Made by a program: the position numbers and the translations under genes
From: Candidatus Falkowbacteria bacterium
GTDB taxonomy: Bacteria > Patescibacteriota > Patescibacteriia > UBA11705 > JABHMO01
Direction: 5' to 3'
Assembly: GCA_018693855.1 (NCBI GenBank)
Contig: JABHMO010000029.1
Span: 1-48,480 of the forward strand
Length of the DNA stretch: 48,480 nt
The notes under the pieces: model-generated
Told to the model about the DNA's origin: nothing
The model's input: only the letters and a program-made list of their open reading frames with translations
Databases searched by the model: none
Shown here: positions 18,083-27,925 of the stretch, piece after piece
Layout: the number at the start of each line of letters is the position of its first letter
Numbering within the stretch: the first letter of the stretch is position 1

Positions 18083-19171
18083 ATGAGCAAAAAAGATGAT
18101 TCAAACAGCTACTTAGGTATTGATATTGGGGGAAGTAGTATTAAATTAGTAGAATTAGCTAATAATAACGGAAGAGCACAGCTTGTCACATACGGTTATA
18201 TTGAAAGATCGTTAAAGGAGGATAAAGTTAAACTGATTGATCGACCGGACGAGACAGCTGCTATGATCAAAAAAGTTGTTGAAAATTCGAAAGTTTTATC
18301 GAAGAAAGCAATTACAGCTTTGCCGGCTCCAGCTGTTTATAGTTCAATCATTTCTCTTCCTGAAGTGAAGAAATCTGATCTTTCATCTAGTAAAAAAATT
18401 ACCGCAGCTGTTGAATGGGAAGCGAAAAAAGTTTTGCCATTGCCAATTGAGGAGATGATTCTAGATTGGAAAGTTTTAGGTAGTGAGGAAATCCTGAAAG
18501 AAAACGAGAAGAAAGAAACAGTAAAAAATCTACAAGTTTTATTAACAGCAGCTTCAAAGGAAGTTATTCAAAAATACATAGATATTTTTAAGAAAGCCGA
18601 TTTAGAACTGATTAGTTTAGAAACAGAATCTTTTGCTATGGCGCGAGCTTTGGTTGGGAAAGATAAGTCGGTAGTTTTGATTGCTGATATTGGAACAATT
18701 GGGACAGATTTATCTATTGTTGAAAATACTATTCCAATGTTAACGCGAAGTGTAGCGGTTGGCGGTTTGTCATTAACGAAAATAATAAAAGATACTCTTG
18801 CTGTTTCAATGGAACAAGCTGAGCAGTTCAAGCGAGATCTTGATGCGACAACGATCAAAGAAGGTCAAGAATTCCCTGAGGTCCTAAAAGTTCCAATGCA
18901 AGCTATTTTAAACGAGATTCAATACACTATCAACTTCTTCTTAGAACAACCAGAGAACAAAGGTAAAAAAGTTGAGAAAATTATTTTAGCTGGTGGAACA
19001 GCTAACTTGTTTAATTTACCAGAATATATTACGACTGAATTAAATACTAGAGCATTTATCGGCAATCCATGGGCACGAGTGATCTACCCAGCTGACTTGC
19101 AAGCAGCTCTAGAGTCTGTAGGTACAAGATTAACAACCGCAATAGGACTTGCTATGCGCGACATCGATTAA
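18083..19171 (+). CDS. pilM: type IV pilus assembly protein PilM
   Basis: LGIDIGGSSIKLVEL, DIGTIGT, IILAGGTA and AIGLAMR. Confidence 0.93.
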   Translation: MSKKDDSNSYLGIDIGGSSIKLVELANNNGRAQLVTYGYIERSLKEDKVKLIDRPDETAAMIKKVVENSKVLSKKAITALPAPAVYSSIISLPEVKKSDLSSSKKITAAVEWEAKKVLPLPIEEMILDWKVLGSEEILKENEKKETVKNLQVLLTAASKEVIQKYIDIFKKADLELISLETESFAMARALVGKDKSVVLIADIGTIGTDLSIVENTIPMLTRSVAVGGLSLTKIIKDTLAVSMEQAEQFKRDLDATTIKEGQEFPEVLKVPMQAILNEIQYTINFFLEQPENKGKKVEKIILAGGTANLFNLPEYITTELNTRAFIGNPWARVIYPADLQAALESVGTRLTTAIGLAMRDID

Positions 19172-19292
19172 AGTGTGTTGCAGATGTGCGGATTACTTGC
19201 GGATATTGCAGATCAGTATATTAAATTCAATCTGCAAGATTCGTAATGCGATTAAATCCGCATAATCCGCAAATGATCCGCACATCCGCATT
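19172..19292. repeat. inverted array of ATCCGCA/TGCGGAT units
   Basis: TGCAGATGTGCGGATTACTTGCGGAT...ATCCGCAAATGATCCGCACATCCGCA; a similar half-element lies at 1320-1366. Confidence 0.75.
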
Positions 19293-19297
19293 ATATT

Positions 19298-20488
19298 ATG
19301 AAGAAGCCTAGTCTGTTACCAGACGATTACAAGGAAAAAGAAGATAGAATCAAAAAACAAGTGGCTAAAAATTCAAAGTCATTTAATTTTGATATGCATA
19401 TTCCGGGAGAAAATGGGGGGAATGGTTTAGACGAAAAGTCTGATTCTCAGAATGGTGAGAATGGGATTGTTTTTGGTAAAGAGAAAGTTGAGGTTGAAAA
19501 ATCGAAAAAAGGTAAGTTTATTTATAAAAAAGATGTATCAAAGAGAACGTTGAGACATGGAAAGAGACGATATCAACAGGAAGTTGTGACAAAGCCTTTT
19601 AAACACGATCCTGTTAAGCCTGTTCCAAAAGTTGAAAAGCTTGTTGTTAAACCGAAACTCAAAAAAGAGCCGGTGAAGCATATTCCTGAAATCAAAAAAC
19701 CTATTTTAGATAAGAAGAAAGATGAAACAATGAGAATGAGGATCCCTGATTCTCAAATTGATAATGAACAGTATCGGAAGAAAATTGTAACTGAACGAGC
19801 TGATGAGTTTGAAGAATTGACTCATCCAAATAGTGTTTTTGATGCATTTAAGAAAGATGCATTGGTTCATTTGAAAAATCCTCCAGCAGAGATGAACCTG
19901 ATTCATGAGGACTATAAAAATGTGTTGAGTGCTCAGTTCTATTTGAGAATTAAGATGTTTTTATTGATAGTCTTTGTGTTTTTGATTGTTTTTTCAATTG
20001 GATTCGTTTTTCTAAATACTCACAAAGTTAATTTAGTAAAAGAATATAACGCAATTGCTGAAAAAGTTGATGAGACAGATTCTCAGATCTCTGATCTAAA
20101 TACGCAACAGATGCAAACTAAGTTAATTAAAAATCGATTGATAAAAATATCAGAGACATTAGAGACTCATCTGTATTGGACAAAACTTTTTGATTATTTA
20201 GAACATCACACATTGCAAGACGTCTACTATACAGACTTTGTTGCTGAGGATGGAAAAAGTTTGACGCTGCTTGCGAGAGCTCCAACCTACACCGATTTAG
20301 CTGGGCAGTTGTTGATGTTTGAGAGTGCTGATTTTGTAGAGTTTGTTGATATTTCTGGTGGAAATTTGGTTAGTCAACAAGCAGAAACTGTTATTGAGAG
20401 TGGTGAATCACAATCAGTTACTGAATCTGAAGTTGAGTTTACGATTAATCTAAGATTGAAAGACAACGCGCTTTTTTATGAAGAATAA
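19298..20488 (+). CDS. PilN-like protein with a long Lys-rich N-terminal extension
   Basis: Located after pilM; MNLI motif before a TM helix, coiled coil, HLYWTKLFDYLE and C-terminal FTINLRL. Confidence 0.7.
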   Translation: MKKPSLLPDDYKEKEDRIKKQVAKNSKSFNFDMHIPGENGGNGLDEKSDSQNGENGIVFGKEKVEVEKSKKGKFIYKKDVSKRTLRHGKRRYQQEVVTKPFKHDPVKPVPKVEKLVVKPKLKKEPVKHIPEIKKPILDKKKDETMRMRIPDSQIDNEQYRKKIVTERADEFEELTHPNSVFDAFKKDALVHLKNPPAEMNLIHEDYKNVLSAQFYLRIKMFLLIVFVFLIVFSIGFVFLNTHKVNLVKEYNAIAEKVDETDSQISDLNTQQMQTKLIKNRLIKISETLETHLYWTKLFDYLEHHTLQDVYYTDFVAEDGKSLTLLARAPTYTDLAGQLLMFESADFVEFVDISGGNLVSQQAETVIESGESQSVTESEVEFTINLRLKDNALFYEE

Positions 20489-21098
20489 TGATCCGAAAAA
20501 AGTTATTAAACAAGATGCTAGGCCTGAGAAGTCTGGATCGTATTTTGATTCATTTGCAGAACGATTTATTAGTCTGTATCAAGTCTTTATTTTTGTCGTC
20601 ATTATAATTTGTATTTTGGCTACTTCATTATTCTTGTTTTCAATTTATAATAAGAAGATAAAACCAGTTCAAAATGAAATTGTTGTACAAGCAGGAGTAC
20701 TTGAAACGAAGCAGGATCTATTCACTGACTACGAGTCATCAAGTAAAAAGTTTTCTGATTTAACTGATTTCGAACAAAAGATAATGCAAATTTTGCCGTT
20801 AAGTCAACGTAAAGATATTTTGTTCGTTGAATTTGAGGCAATTGCAAATAAAAATAATTTAACATTACAGTCAATTAATATAGCGCAAACCTTAACTGAT
20901 CAAGAAGAGGTAGATAAAAATGATTTATCAAAAATGTCAGTTGATATTGGTCTTTCTGGTGGTAACTATTTTGAGATGAAGAATTTTATAAAAGATGTTG
21001 AGAACAGTTTGCGGATAATTGAGATTAAATCTATTAATTACACACCAGACTCTGATCTGTTTACTATCAGTGCGGAAACATACTACTATGCAAAATAG
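20478..21098 (+). CDS. PilO-like protein
   Basis: TM helix plus coiled coil, ILP, GNYFEMKNFIKDVENSLRII and ETYY; follows the PilN-like gene. Confidence 0.75.
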   Translation: MKNNDPKKVIKQDARPEKSGSYFDSFAERFISLYQVFIFVVIIICILATSLFLFSIYNKKIKPVQNEIVVQAGVLETKQDLFTDYESSSKKFSDLTDFEQKIMQILPLSQRKDILFVEFEAIANKNNLTLQSINIAQTLTDQEEVDKNDLSKMSVDIGLSGGNYFEMKNFIKDVENSLRIIEIKSINYTPDSDLFTISAETYYYAK

Positions 21099-21378
21099 TA
21101 AAAATCTAACAGTTGTTATTCTATTGTTGATTGTAAATCTTGCAATTATTGGTTCTTTAGTTGTGGTAAATATTATATATTTTGAAAAGTATGATCTAGG
21201 TGTAGAGTTGCAGAACAGTTTGATAATTAAACACAGTGGACAATCAAATATTGCTTCTGAATTTGAACAAGTTAAAGATGATTTAATGGCTGACCAGAAA
21301 TTTGATAATTTACAGAAGAACGGCAATTGGCCGATTCAGTTAGATGGTCTTGATAAAAATAGTACTCCGTTTGAATAA
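21088..21378 (+). CDS. small membrane-anchored pilus-cluster protein (PilP position)
   Basis: MQNSK start, TM helix, C-terminal TPFE; lies between pilO and pilB. Confidence 0.65.
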   Translation: MQNSKNLTVVILLLIVNLAIIGSLVVVNIIYFEKYDLGVELQNSLIIKHSGQSNIASEFEQVKDDLMADQKFDNLQKNGNWPIQLDGLDKNSTPFE

Positions 21379-21390
21379 ATTAATTTATAA

Positions 21391-23154
21391 ATGAAAAGTT
21401 CAGATAAACAATTGCTTGATTACTTGTTTGAGGGTCGTTTTTTGAAAGAAAAGCAGGTCTCAGAAGTAAAAGAGTTAATAGAGCAAAAAGCGAATAAAAA
21501 TATTCGTGAGATTTTGGTTAAAGGCGGATTTATTGATGGAGAACTTTTAGCAGAACAAGAATCTATTAGATTTGGATTGCCGTATATTGATTTGACGAAA
21601 ACGGTTGTGCCAAAAGCGTTTTTTGAAGAGTTTCCATATAATTTGGCAAAAAATCATACAGCTATTTTGTTTGAAAAAAATGACGATATTATAAAAGTTG
21701 CTTTAGCTAATATTGATGATTATGAAGCTCGTGAGGCAATTGATTTCTGGGCAACAAGTAAACATTATCATGTTGAATACTATCTATGCTCATTCTTGTC
21801 TTGGGATCTTTTAATTAAAAATTACGATGCATTTACAAAAGAGTTTGGTGAAGTTGTTACTGAAGCGCAGGAAGATAAAAAAGAAGAGCTAGATGATGAT
21901 GTTTCAACTGAGAACATTGAAGAAGTTATAAAAAGCGCTCCGGTTGCAAAAATAGTTGCAATGATCGTTAAACATGCAATTGAAAGTAAAGCTTCGGATA
22001 TTCATATTGAACCCTTTCAGACAGTTTCAAGAGTTCGGTATCGAGTAGATGGTGTTTTGCATTCAGTTCTGAATTTACCAAGCTCAATCCATGAAGCAAT
22101 AGTTTCTAGAATAAAAGTGCTTTCAAGTTTGAAAATTGACGAGACAAGAATTCCTCAAGATGGAAGGTTCAAATTTACAACAAATAAAATTGATTTTGAT
22201 ATACGTGTTTCAGTTATGCCTTTGGCAGGTCAAGAGAAAGCCACACTTCGAATCTTGGACACTTCAGGTAAAGCTTTAACACTAACTGACTTAGGCTTTA
22301 ACCATGAGATTATTGAAGAAGTTGATGCTGCCTTAAAACAGACTTTTGGTATGATTCTCGTGACCGGTCCAACTGGTAGTGGTAAATCAACAACGTTGTT
22401 TTCATTATTAAGCAAAATTAATAAAGAAGGCGTAAATATCTGTACACTGGAAGATCCGATCGAGTACTATATTCCTGGTGTTAATCAAGCGCAGATTCGA
22501 CCTGAGGTTAAGTTTACTTTTGCGTCAGGTTTGCGTTCTTTGCTGCGTCAGGATCCAGACGTGATTATGGTAGGGGAGATCCGTGATAATGAAACCGCAG
22601 AGATGGCAGTTCACGCTTCTTTAACAGGGCATCTGTTGTTTTCAACATTACATACAAACGATTCCATCGGTGCAGTGCCTAGATTAATTGATATGAAAGT
22701 TGAGCCGTTTTTGTTAGCTTCAACTATTAATCTGATAATTGCTCAACGATTAGCAAGACGAATCTGTAGTAAATGTCGTGAACCTTTTGAATTCCCAGAA
22801 GATGTTTCTGCGAAAATCAAAACTGAACTTAGTCGAGTTGACGGTGCTAAGTTAAAAAAGATGCTTCCAGATCTTGATCTGTCTGGTAAGATACATGGAT
22901 ATAAAGGATCAGGTTGTCCAGAATGTAAAGAAACAGGATATACAGGAAGAATTGTTTTAGCTGAATCGCTACCTATCAATGAAAAATTAAAAGTCATAAT
23001 CGCTGATAACTATAAAATGAGCGACGTTTCCGAAGAGATAAAACGGATGAACATGATCTCTCTCCTTCAGGATGGCCTGATTAAAGTTCTGCAAGGTCAA
23101 ACAACCCTTGAAGAGGTTTTTCGTGTTAGTAAGGAGGTAGAGGAACAGGAGTAG
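21391..23154 (+). CDS. pilB: type IV pilus assembly ATPase PilB/GspE
   Basis: ASDIHIEP, RYRVDG, PQDGR, GPTGSGKSTTL, LRQDPD, TLHTND and Cys4 motif. Confidence 0.95.
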   Translation: MKSSDKQLLDYLFEGRFLKEKQVSEVKELIEQKANKNIREILVKGGFIDGELLAEQESIRFGLPYIDLTKTVVPKAFFEEFPYNLAKNHTAILFEKNDDIIKVALANIDDYEAREAIDFWATSKHYHVEYYLCSFLSWDLLIKNYDAFTKEFGEVVTEAQEDKKEELDDDVSTENIEEVIKSAPVAKIVAMIVKHAIESKASDIHIEPFQTVSRVRYRVDGVLHSVLNLPSSIHEAIVSRIKVLSSLKIDETRIPQDGRFKFTTNKIDFDIRVSVMPLAGQEKATLRILDTSGKALTLTDLGFNHEIIEEVDAALKQTFGMILVTGPTGSGKSTTLFSLLSKINKEGVNICTLEDPIEYYIPGVNQAQIRPEVKFTFASGLRSLLRQDPDVIMVGEIRDNETAEMAVHASLTGHLLFSTLHTNDSIGAVPRLIDMKVEPFLLASTINLIIAQRLARRICSKCREPFEFPEDVSAKIKTELSRVDGAKLKKMLPDLDLSGKIHGYKGSGCPECKETGYTGRIVLAESLPINEKLKVIIADNYKMSDVSEEIKRMNMISLLQDGLIKVLQGQTTLEEVFRVSKEVEEQE

Positions 23155-23206
23155 CTTCTAATAAAGGATATTAAGTTGAAATTAAGGATATAAAGTTGAA
23201 ATTGAG

Positions 23207-23271
23207 CCCGCCTGCCTGCCCGAAATGCTATATCGTAGCAGGCGGGCAACGCAGTAGCACTGCGGGTAGGG
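23207..23271. repeat. nested GC-rich palindromic elements (CCCGCC...GGCGGG family)
   Basis: The outer element matches the reverse complement of 48371-48406 and carries a 32-bp related palindrome inserted at 23216-23247. Confidence 0.7.
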
Positions 23272-23304
23272 TAAGAAAAATTTTAATTGTTTTTGATGTA
23301 TTTT

Positions 23305-23395
23305 AACTTGCTTGTATTTACGTATATTTACCTGTACTCGCTCGTATTTACTTATATTTACCCGTACTCGCTTGTATTTACTTATATTTACTTCA
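23305..23395. repeat. 10-bp tandem array (GTATTTACTT family)
   Basis: GTATTTACGT ATATTTACCT GTACTCGCTC GTATTTACTT..., ending just before the pilC ATG. Confidence 0.8.
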
Positions 23396-23399
23396 ACCT

Positions 23400-24602
23400 A
23401 TGCTATACAAATACAGAGCAAAAAACATTGACACCGGCAAACTCCTAGACGGTTTAGTTGAGGCTGAGACAGAGATGATTGCGGGGCAGATGTTAGAAGA
23501 ACAGGGGATGACGGTTCTGTTTTTGGAAAAGAAGAAGAAAGGATTGAAAGACTTGAATGTTCAGTTTAATACTATTAATGCAAAGGATTTAGTGATCTTT
23601 TCAAGACAACTCTCGGTTTTGATTTCAGCAGAAGTTCGTTTGGTTGAAGCTTTGGGGGATATTGCGAAACAGACAGAAAACCCTAAATTAAAAACAATTA
23701 TTTCAGAAATTGCGCACGATATTGAGAATGGAGTTCGTTTCTCTGATGGTCTAGCTCAGTATCCGAAAGTTTTTAGTAACTACTTTATTAATATTATTAA
23801 ATCAGGTGAGGCGTCAGGTCGACTGCAAGAAGTTCTGTTGAATCTGGCTGATCAATTAGAAAAAGATTATGATCTTCGCGCTAAAATAAAGGGTGCAATG
23901 ATCTATCCAGGTTTTATTGTCGGTACTTTAATTGTGATTGGTACATTGATGATGATCTTTGTTGTTCCGCGAATGACTGAGATGTTAATCGAGTCAGGAG
24001 CAAAACTACCCTTGCCGACAAGAATTTTGATTGGGTTAAGTAGTTTTCTTGTGAACTATTGGTGGTTAGCTGTTTTGATAGTAATTGCAGTAGTCTTGTT
24101 GATAAAATCGGTGTTGAAGACCTATCGTGGGAAGAAGTTTTTTGATATAATGATCTTGAAAGTACCTATCTTCGGTACGCTTTTTCAATATATTAATGTT
24201 GTTAAATTTTCTAATGGGTTCAAAACCTTAACGCTCGGTGGAGTAGAGGTTGTCCAAAGTTTATCAATTTCCGCTTTAATGATTGACAACACTGTTTACA
24301 AGGAAGCTATCTTGCAAGCTAAAGATAATGTAGAAGAAGGTGGAAATATCTCTTCAAGTTTCGAAAAAAGTGATCAAATCCCTAAAATGTTGTCACAGAT
24401 GATGGCAACTGGAGAAGAAACAGGTAAGATGGAAGACGTTTTGGAAAAATTAAGTAACTTTTACACACGCGAGATTGATAATCTATTGAAAAATATAATG
24501 TCTCTAATAGAACCTATCGTCATGATTCTTCTCGGAGTCGCCGTTCTGGTCATGTTTGTCGCGATCTTATTGCCAATGTATCAGACTACAATGAGTATCT
24601 AG
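23400..24602 (+). CDS. pilC: type IV pilus platform protein PilC/GspF
   Basis: FSRQLSVLI, GEASGRL, AMIYP, LPLPTRIL, GEETGK and LIEP. Confidence 0.94.
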   Translation: MLYKYRAKNIDTGKLLDGLVEAETEMIAGQMLEEQGMTVLFLEKKKKGLKDLNVQFNTINAKDLVIFSRQLSVLISAEVRLVEALGDIAKQTENPKLKTIISEIAHDIENGVRFSDGLAQYPKVFSNYFINIIKSGEASGRLQEVLLNLADQLEKDYDLRAKIKGAMIYPGFIVGTLIVIGTLMMIFVVPRMTEMLIESGAKLPLPTRILIGLSSFLVNYWWLAVLIVIAVVLLIKSVLKTYRGKKFFDIMILKVPIFGTLFQYINVVKFSNGFKTLTLGGVEVVQSLSISALMIDNTVYKEAILQAKDNVEEGGNISSSFEKSDQIPKMLSQMMATGEETGKMEDVLEKLSNFYTREIDNLLKNIMSLIEPIVMILLGVAVLVMFVAILLPMYQTTMSI

Positions 24603-24603
24603 C

Positions 24604-24760
24604 CGATGCAAATCCACGAATGACACGCGAATGATGCGAAAATTGCTGGGATGCTAATTTGCGAATTACGCGAATGCTACTAATAGTTATAATTCGCGTA
24701 ATTCGTAAATTAGCATGGCGAAGCGTTCGCGGCATTCGCATAATTCGTAGATTAGTATCA
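24604..24760. repeat. inverted array of CGCGAAT/ATTCGCG units
   Basis: CACGAATGACACGCGAATGATGCGAA...TTCGCGGCATTCGCATAATTCGT. Confidence 0.75.
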
Positions 24761-24789
24761 AACTTATTATAATTAACTTAAAAACTATT

Positions 24790-25224
24790 ATGAAAAAACA
24801 ACTAGGGTTCTCTCTTGTTGAATTACTAGTAGTAATTGCGATTATTGGTATTTTATCAACATTGGCAGTTATCTATCTTGGTAGCACAACTGAGAAAGCA
24901 AATGACGCAAAAAGAATTACTCATGTTAACAACTTGAAAACAGCGTTAGAAGTTATTAAAAGTGAAAATGGTAGCTATGGTACAGTTTGTGCTGCAGGAC
25001 CTGCAACTGCTTGTTCTGGCTTAGGTGAATATATCCCTGACATGGCTCAGTACACAGATCCTTCAGGTTCAGCAACTGCTTGTACAGCTGTTTCAACAGG
25101 TGCTTGTGAATACAATTTTTTAACATTTTCAGGTACTGGTTATGTCTTAGATTTTTATCTTGAAGCTGGTGCTGGTGATCTAGATGCTGGTCCTCATACT
25201 TTAATTGATGGTGTTATTGAATAA
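24790..25224 (+). CDS. type IV pilin
   Basis: G|FSLVELLVVIAIIGIL class III signal peptide; 4 Cys. Confidence 0.9.
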   Translation: MKKQLGFSLVELLVVIAIIGILSTLAVIYLGSTTEKANDAKRITHVNNLKTALEVIKSENGSYGTVCAAGPATACSGLGEYIPDMAQYTDPSGSATACTAVSTGACEYNFLTFSGTGYVLDFYLEAGAGDLDAGPHTLIDGVIE

Positions 25225-25243
25225 TTTAATTCTGTAAATAACT

Positions 25244-25753
25244 ATGTCTTTGAAAAGATGGTCAAACTCTGATAATGGTCAGTCTGGTTTAGGCATACTT
25301 GAAGTTATTGCTATTCTTGCGATTTTGGGAGTACTGTCACTTGTGGCAGTACTGTCAATTCAAGTTATTCAAGAAAAAGCAAGAGATGTAAAGAGAGTTA
25401 GTGATATGAATACTCTCTCTACATCTTATAATAAGATTATCTTTGAGTACGATGACTATACTAAATCCGGTTGTACGCTAGGGCACATGCATGCATGCTC
25501 TGGTAATTTAGAGATGATGAAAATTTTACCTGTGATAGGTGAGATAAAAGATCCTGTGTATCATAATGATATAGAACTGTGTTCTTATGATTTATGTCGG
25601 CAGGATGTTTCTGTTTGCGATTACGCACTTGTTGAGCAGGACGATGGTTATTATGAAGTGCTTTTTAATTTAGAACACGGAATCGAAGATTTTGAGGAGA
25701 AAGGTTGTTACAAGTTGACTCCGATTGGCATTCAAAAAATTGAACTTAACTAA
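25244..25753 (+). CDS. type IV (minor) pilin
   Basis: G|LGILEVIAILAIL and KARDVKR; 6 Cys. Confidence 0.8.
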   Translation: MSLKRWSNSDNGQSGLGILEVIAILAILGVLSLVAVLSIQVIQEKARDVKRVSDMNTLSTSYNKIIFEYDDYTKSGCTLGHMHACSGNLEMMKILPVIGEIKDPVYHNDIELCSYDLCRQDVSVCDYALVEQDDGYYEVLFNLEHGIEDFEEKGCYKLTPIGIQKIELN

Positions 25754-25755
25754 AT

Positions 25756-26241
25756 ATGATAAATAAATACAAAAATCAAAAAGGTATAACTTTAATTGAA
25801 GTTTTAGTTGTAGCGATTATTATAGGAATAATGCTGACGCTGTGGTCAGTTTCTATTGCCGCTAAAAAGGCTGAAGTCCGAGATCTGAAAAGATTGAATG
25901 ACATTAACGAACTAAAAGGTGCAATGGAGTTAATGAAGAACGAAACTGGTTCATATGATAGAGCTTTTTGTGATTTGACTTACGTCAGCTCGTGTGTTAA
26001 AAAGGAGAATTCAGAGCTTAAAGTCTTTTTACCCGGAATCGGAAGGATCAATGACCCTGCTGAACTCAGAAAATCTTGTGGAGAAGGTGATAACTGTACA
26101 AGCTCAGAATGTAACTACGCTTTTACTCATTTAGACCCTGATGACTATCAAGTCCTATTTCACCTCGAAAAAGGCGATGAACGATATGGTGGCGAAGGCT
26201 GTTATAGATTGTCACCGCTTGGGATTAATAAAGTTAAATAA
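25756..26241 (+). CDS. type IV (minor) pilin
   Basis: G|ITLIEVLVV and RDLKR; paralogous C-terminus VLFHLEKG...GCYRLSPLGI. Confidence 0.85.
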   Translation: MINKYKNQKGITLIEVLVVAIIIGIMLTLWSVSIAAKKAEVRDLKRLNDINELKGAMELMKNETGSYDRAFCDLTYVSSCVKKENSELKVFLPGIGRINDPAELRKSCGEGDNCTSSECNYAFTHLDPDDYQVLFHLEKGDERYGGEGCYRLSPLGINKVK

Positions 26242-26377
26242 TCACAGTTGATTCGTTGATTCGTTGATTGGTTTATTAGTTAATAAGTTTGAAATTTAGC
26301 GCTTGTCTTTACATGTATTTACAAATATTTACTTGTATTCACTTGTATTTACTCATATTTACCTGCGACTATTCACT

Positions 26378-27652
26378 ATGGATTTAAAAGGTTGGATATT
26401 CCTTCTATCAGTATTAATTTTTATGTTTGGTGTTTACCAGGCAACAAACGCGGCAGAATTAGGTCGTGTTGATGTTTTAGTAGACGAAATGACGATAAAG
26501 AACGGTTATACTGTGAAAAGTTTAGATCAATCTTTTTGGCTGCCCGTTTTTCCAAATCAGTACGATAAACCGGTTAACATTACAATAAAGGAACTCAATA
26601 GTGAAGATAAAGCTGTTTCAGATGTGTATGAATATGATATTCGCACAGGTAATAATGGGTTTTTAATAAAACCAGCTTTACTTTCTCTAGAATACAGTGA
26701 TGATTCAAATGAAGAAAAAGCAATCTATTTTTATGATAATGGAAAATCTTTATGGCGGAAATTACCTTCAACTGTAAGAAGCTCAACCATAATTCAAGCA
26801 AAAACAATTTTCCCATACGCAAAAATAGCTGTTTTTAATTCAGATCCAAATGTTTACGTGAAAGAGTCACTTCCACAACCAGTTGTTAAAAAGGTAGCGG
26901 CAGTGATTGAGTCTGATAATTCTTTAACTGCGGTGAGTGCTCTTGTTATCAATAAAAAAACTGATGAGATAGTTTTTGCAAAGAACATCAATGATCAAAG
27001 ATCAATTGCAAGTTTAACCAAACTGATGAGTGCACTCGTCTTTTTAGATCATAATCCTGGATGGAGCAAAGTTGTTACAATGAAACAGTCTGATTTTGTT
27101 GGTGGTGCTTCATTGTGGGTTAAAGTCGGAGACAGTGTCACTGTGAAGGATCTGTTCTATTCAACAATGGTTGGTTCCAAAAATAATGCAGTTATGGCAT
27201 TAGCTAGGTCAACTGGACTAAGTTTTGATCAATTTGTTTCTAAGATGAATCAGAAAGCGATAAAAATGGGATTAACAAAGACTCGATTTGTAGAACCGAC
27301 AGGTTTGAATGAAGGAAATGTCTCGACAGCTGCTGAAATGGCAGAGATAGCTCTTCAAGCTTTCAATAGATTTGAAGTGCTGCAAGCTAGCACGTCAAAG
27401 ACGTATACAGTAACAACAAATAACAGTGGGATAAATTATCCAGTTAGAAATACTAGTTTAAAAGTTCTTAATCGAGATTTATACGTAACGGGTACAAAAA
27501 CAGGTTGGACAGATGAGGCCGGTTACTGTTTGGCTACTCAGGCTAAGAAAGGTAGAGATTCCAATCAAGAGTTGATTGCACTCGTTATGGGAGCGAAGAT
27601 TAGTCAGAATTATGAAGAAGTTTATGGATTGTTGACTAAGTATCTTAAGTAA
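26378..27652 (+). CDS. D-alanyl-D-alanine carboxypeptidase (peptidase S11) with an extra N-terminal domain
   Basis: SxxK (ASLTK), SxN (SKN) and KTG motifs; signal peptide from MDLKG. Confidence 0.9.
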   Translation: MDLKGWIFLLSVLIFMFGVYQATNAAELGRVDVLVDEMTIKNGYTVKSLDQSFWLPVFPNQYDKPVNITIKELNSEDKAVSDVYEYDIRTGNNGFLIKPALLSLEYSDDSNEEKAIYFYDNGKSLWRKLPSTVRSSTIIQAKTIFPYAKIAVFNSDPNVYVKESLPQPVVKKVAAVIESDNSLTAVSALVINKKTDEIVFAKNINDQRSIASLTKLMSALVFLDHNPGWSKVVTMKQSDFVGGASLWVKVGDSVTVKDLFYSTMVGSKNNAVMALARSTGLSFDQFVSKMNQKAIKMGLTKTRFVEPTGLNEGNVSTAAEMAEIALQAFNRFEVLQASTSKTYTVTTNNSGINYPVRNTSLKVLNRDLYVTGTKTGWTDEAGYCLATQAKKGRDSNQELIALVMGAKISQNYEEVYGLLTKYLK

Positions 27653-27925
27653 ATACGGGTGAATATGAGTAAATACATGTAAATATAAGTAAATCGCAGT
27701 AAGCGCCCCTTATTCACGCACGACTTCTTGACGGTCGTAGCTTTGCAAGCGAAGACTGTTAGTCTGCGATAAAACAAGCTGCAAAGATTAAAGGGGCAGT
27801 GAAAACAAAATTCAAAATAAAAAAATATATTGATAATTGGAATTGATAATTAGAAAATTATGATTGGGGGTGGTTTTTTTTTGTTCCCTAATTTCTAATT
27901 TCAAACTTCTAATTTCCTATTTACT

